Shown here piece by piece: positions 61,201-64,000 of a stretch of DNA of 64,000 bases. This stretch comes from Myxococcota bacterium. Its GTDB lineage: Bacteria; Myxococcota_A; SURF-8. Under the pieces are notes generated by a model. It saw only the letters and a program-made list of their open reading frames with translations, did no database searches and was not told the DNA's origin. The stretch spans positions 3,520,001 through 3,584,000 of the forward strand of contig OZ223209.1 in the NCBI GenBank assembly GCA_965140415.1. Reading direction: 5' to 3'. The number at the start of each line of letters is the position of its first letter. Position 1 is the first letter of the stretch. The translations under genes were made by a program, and so were the position numbers.

Positions 61201-63141
61201 GCCTTCATTGACGACTCTCAAGCGCAACACCTTGCTCGTTTCCAAATTCACTTCTTCAAATGAAATCAGGTCTTCATCGAAAATTTCTCGGGAACTTCCA
61301 TCGCTGGGATCGACCAGATTAAAAGTACACCAAGGCCAGACTCCCTCTCCACGCAGGGGAATCTCGTATTCGGGATAGGTCGGGTTATTGGTTGTAATGG
61401 TCAGTTTCCCGACGTGAACATACCCTTCCTCTTGGTAAGTCGGCTTGAAAAACATCAGAATTTCCCTTGGGTCATCCTGAAGGCTCAAGATCAGCGGCAA
61501 TTGCGTAACCACCTCTGGATCGACATAGAAAGCATTGGGATCTTCTGAAGGATTCTCCACATTTAAGCTCGTAATGATCAGGTCACCGGTACCACGATTC
61601 TGTACGGTAAAGCCTTCCTCACCCACATCGTTTAGTAGAACCTCTTCGAAATTAAGTGTTGTCGGTTCCACTACGATTACACTTTGAACACCAATACACT
61701 GAACCGGCAACAATTGAATCGGCTCGTTGACATCATTACTACGTACTTCAATGACACCAGCTAGCGGAACGACGCTTTCCGGTTTGCAGAACACACGGAA
61801 AGTTGCGTAATCATTGGGTGCGATAGGATGATTCTCCCCGATGCCACGGGTATCGATCCATAAAAGGTTGGGATCGGGAACGGGGTTTGTCCACTGAATG
61901 CTTTCAATTCGCACGGTTCCACCGCAACTGCTTTCCAGTTCGACTTCCGTGTTCACTTCCTGATTGATTGTCACATCTCCGAAATCCACAGGATTGGGAT
62001 CGATAGTCAAACAGGGAACGACACCGGTACCGGTAAGCGTGAAGTTGACCGGATTTTTGGGTTCGTACCGGCTGTGATCGGCGTTATGATTGATTTTGAT
62101 GACGGCATCGTGAACCCCTTGGCTCGCCGGTTTGTAATAAACCAGGAATGCCATGGAATCACCGGGATTGATGTGTGTCAGTTGTGGAAGGTTTTCCTGC
62201 AATCTGAAGTGCGCGCTCTGTGCAGGTTCCAAGGTAATCGGTCCCACTGTCAACGCCTTATTGGAATCCAGTTCCTGACCAGTCGGAACGACATTCGTTA
62301 CTGTAATTTGAAGAGGAATTTCCGTAGCTCCGACCTCGACCACGCCGAAATCGTACTCAGGAGGATCCGGAGCAATTACGATTTCCGTTTCACCCTTGTA
62401 ATCGCTAGTTAGTTGGATTTCGGTCGTATAACCAATGCAAGGATCGTTTGTAACCAATTCAATAGTCCCAAGATTACGACCGGGGTCACTTGGCGATAGC
62501 AGAATGTTAAAGGTTTCAAACTGTCCCGGAGCGATATCGATCGGAAGACTGGGAGCCCCTCCTTGCCAACTGTAATCGGTATCGGAAGCTTGAGAAATAA
62601 CCATATCAAGAATCTGTAGGGTTTTGAACCCATCGTTCTGGATATTGAACGACTGCACACCAGAATCGTTGATCATCACGGCACCGAAGGACAGACTCGG
62701 AGGATCGATGCTGATGCAAGGATTGTTGTTGCAGTCGCAAGTAGTGGTGTCGCCATCAACGATGTCATCAGAATCGCTATCACCATCCGGGAACATCGGA
62801 GAGCATACAAAATTGTCATCGCAGTACTCATTGGTACCACACTGCACATCCGCGCAGCATTCTGCACTTTCCGGACATGCTGTTCCGTCGTTAACGAGAC
62901 ATACCCCTCCAACACAAATGTACCCCACATCACAATCCGGATCCGTACTACAGAGCGGATTGATGGAATCTCCATCTGTGCTGGATTCGCGATCATCATC
63001 TCCGTTGTCAATCACACTGCTGCCGTTTCCGTCACAAGCCGTAACGAAAAGCAGAGCGAAAAGCATGAGAATGATGAAAAAGGCACCACGCCGCTGCAAT
63101 GAGTTTCGTGTTCTCATTCCGAGTACTCCTAAACTGACCAT
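58252..63141 (-). CDS. Giant surface lipoprotein: six Ig-like (ASPM-SPD-2-Hydin/choice-of-anchor D type) domains and nine MopE-like Cys/Asp repeats
   Basis: VTA-C lipobox and DGD motifs; six P--(L/V)-FG-V...N-G units; nine C(D/N)--D(N/D)DCDG--D(E/N) repeats; DINNCGGCG; C-terminal DVDWFTF domain. The start may be at 63117. Confidence 0.85.
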   Translation of the reverse strand: MVSLGVLGMRTRNSLQRRGAFFIILMLFALLFVTACDGNGSSVIDNGDDDRESSTDGDSINPLCSTDPDCDVGYICVGGVCLVNDGTACPESAECCADVQCGTNEYCDDNFVCSPMFPDGDSDSDDIVDGDTTTCDCNNNPCISIDPPSLSFGAVMINDSGVQSFNIQNDGFKTLQILDMVISQASDTDYSWQGGAPSLPIDIAPGQFETFNILLSPSDPGRNLGTIELVTNDPCIGYTTEIQLTSDYKGETEIVIAPDPPEYDFGVVEVGATEIPLQITVTNVVPTGQELDSNKALTVGPITLEPAQSAHFRLQENLPQLTHINPGDSMAFLVYYKPASQGVHDAVIKINHNADHSRYEPKNPVNFTLTGTGVVPCLTIDPNPVDFGDVTINQEVNTEVELESSCGGTVRIESIQWTNPVPDPNLLWIDTRGIGENHPIAPNDYATFRVFCKPESVVPLAGVIEVRSNDVNEPIQLLPVQCIGVQSVIVVEPTTLNFEEVLLNDVGEEGFTVQNRGTGDLIITSLNVENPSEDPNAFYVDPEVVTQLPLILSLQDDPREILMFFKPTYQEEGYVHVGKLTITTNNPTYPEYEIPLRGEGVWPWCTFNLVDPSDGSSREIFDEDLISFEEVNLETSKVLRLRVVNEGSYKCKVSNLTLGPGSSTEFSFFPQLIPDIQPGGFANIDLSYSPVGWPGEDTGSFRINTNDFRDDHSYAEFDLYGLGVNPSIEVTPLCVESNPCDLGEIFINSCSDPYLVTITNDGVGTLEVYGYSIYRTTGPPENWEIEGWPQMPAYLRNYNDHNEDKIEFTVTFCPHDYDFEQELVLRVESNDNNNSIMYVAFKAEGVNCDEDWYTIDPAQPCGYYCHRPQPENQVPYEICDGFDNDCDGLTDEDFLVGRPCNGTGECGWGEWECSGLDPFSVICSTEPGGSAPQTQPDLCDGLDNDCDGEVDEDFSIGEICLGEGECGLGEWRCMPNDPYSRYCNANDNGGPEICDGYDNDCDGTVDNGEFFIYGSGEPPGTCVGCLGNPCTGTGGCGNGSQYNGYFQCLNGNAHQEIVAPELWIQCSADPGGDSFTGGVEVCNNEDDDCDGNTDEDFDIGVQCNGVGQCGIGVKQCDPQNYLTTICSTDRNGDDYVYVPESCDGLDNDCDGETDEDFFIGSECLGVGECGTGEWECAPGGQGRICSVNSGGSNYQGTAELCDNLDNDCDGETDENWDVGLPCVGQGVCGLGVKECADVNSWRCSTDFGGSQYGGTSERCDSLDNDCDGQTDEDYYIGLPCVGQGECGSGIYECKNLSANRCSTDYGGSQYGGTSESCDSLDNDCDGSTDEDFNVGNNCDGVGECGPGVIECASSSSSRCSTDLFGSEYDGSPEICDNLDNDCDGVRDEDFCTDCDDINNCGGCGVVCTVANGTPICDQGECKISSCSTYYHDLNGEYDDGCECLEDQNDQDGQGNTCNNAAQSEPYRLTDNNGQLAVVSGTIAPESDVDWFTFMAIDGPESGANRCDEFNAEVKLTNNPNGQFAFDVYRGGCPSQYSADVCDGTGTPGVARGVTNYNFATDSQWPPTTVSDPSWGRGQCPCNAPASSATGVNDCEEQNFTFYVKVYRSGSTVTCGTYELQVSNGVASTP

Positions 63142-63200
63142 GTTGGGGCTGTTATCAGTTTCCTTAAAATACTAAAGACGAGTCCTACTCTTGTCTAACT

Positions 63201-63231
63201 ATTATATAGGCGGAAGGCGGTCTCAAGTCAA
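63201..63231 (-). promoter_or_regulatory. Sigma70-type promoter for the giant lipoprotein gene
   Basis: TTGACT-17bp-TATATAAT. Confidence 0.5.
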
Positions 63232-63430
63232 GGTCTTTTTGCATGTCCACAAATTGCAATGATGTGGATTTCGCTAAGCATATTAAAGTGTTCCATAACA
63301 AATCGTCAATCAGTACCATCAGAAAAAAAGATCTATTTAATGGATGGAAATGACATTCCAATCCCTTCCTTCTGCTTGAATAAGCCCATTTTATGACATT
63401 TCCTGACAACAATCAGACCAACAGGGATAT

Positions 63431-64000
63431 CTATGGCGCCAACAGCTCCTTTGATTCCAGAACTTTAAGAATATTGTCCACCATTACGGAATGACCAGCA
63501 GCAGAGCAATGATCATCATCCAGTATGTACATGGAACGAGGCGACAAGTCTTTGAATACGCTAAGATTATTCACAAATGGAAGATCGTGTTCGGAAGCCA
63601 CGTCCTCGAGGATGGAGTTGGCTAACGGGTATGAAACAGGATAGTTCTGAAAAACGACCGGAATGTTATATTGACCAAGTAAAGAAACGATGTCCTCCAA
63701 ATCCGAACGTATCCACTCTTCAACCTCCCGATCCCACGTATCCTTATCGGTAAATATCGCCTGATAATTTTTTAAAAGCTTTAAAGCCGTTCTATTTGCC
63801 TCTCTTTTCTGTATCGTTTCTAATTTCTCCACAACCATCTCCGCAGTGTAGCGGCTCTGAAAATCGAATGATTTGGTAAGCCAATAATAGGCACCTTCAT
63901 TTCCGGGAGATAAAGAAATCCCTTTCAGCAAAAGCTCCGCGGCCCGGCCATGATCGTTTTGGGTAATATACTTCATACCTACTTTCTGGTAGTAATCACC
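63431..64000 (-). CDS. C-terminal part of a TPR-containing SGNH/GDSL-like protein (5' end outside the window)
   Basis: Frame is open to the window edge; TPR-like helix pair; C-terminal DDDHCSAAGHSVM (DxxH). Confidence 0.65.
   Translation of the reverse strand, partial: GDYYQKVGMKYITQNDHGRAAELLLKGISLSPGNEGAYYWLTKSFDFQSRYTAEMVVEKLETIQKREANRTALKLLKNYQAIFTDKDTWDREVEEWIRSDLEDIVSLLGQYNIPVVFQNYPVSYPLANSILEDVASEHDLPFVNNLSVFKDLSPRSMYILDDDHCSAAGHSVMVDNILKVLESKELLAP

Noticed and set aside
63180-64000. Lower-GC right edge as a foreign island
   Set aside because: Too short and truncated to judge; no mobility gene is visible.

Overview
Core chromosome of a moderate-GC (estimated low-50s %) deltaproteobacterial/Myxococcota-like bacterium; the taxon is inferred from gene order and protein style. 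Housekeeping loci: amgK-murU-like, zapA-[6S RNA]-rny-ymdB-tyrS, pyk, secG-tRNA-Leu(GAG), ftsB, thiL, amiC, psd-truB-rpsO-pnp, sufCBDS and iorAB. These are interleaved with at least nine predicted lipoproteins that share acidic Asp-Gly-Asp (DGD) repeat linkers and carry varied cargo domains (EGF, CBM-like, hydrolase, metzincin, MopE-like repeats). The most notable locus is a compact His-Xaa-Ser radical-SAM peptide-modification cluster at 55098-58174 (hxsD-hxsB-precursor-second radical SAM). Its precursor carries 16 consecutive HxS triplets behind a signal-peptide-like leader, and the cluster sits directly downstream of a ~1620-aa Cys/Asp-rich surface protein. No CRISPR array, integrase, transposase or rRNA was seen. 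All family calls come from motif recognition by eye, not database searches.
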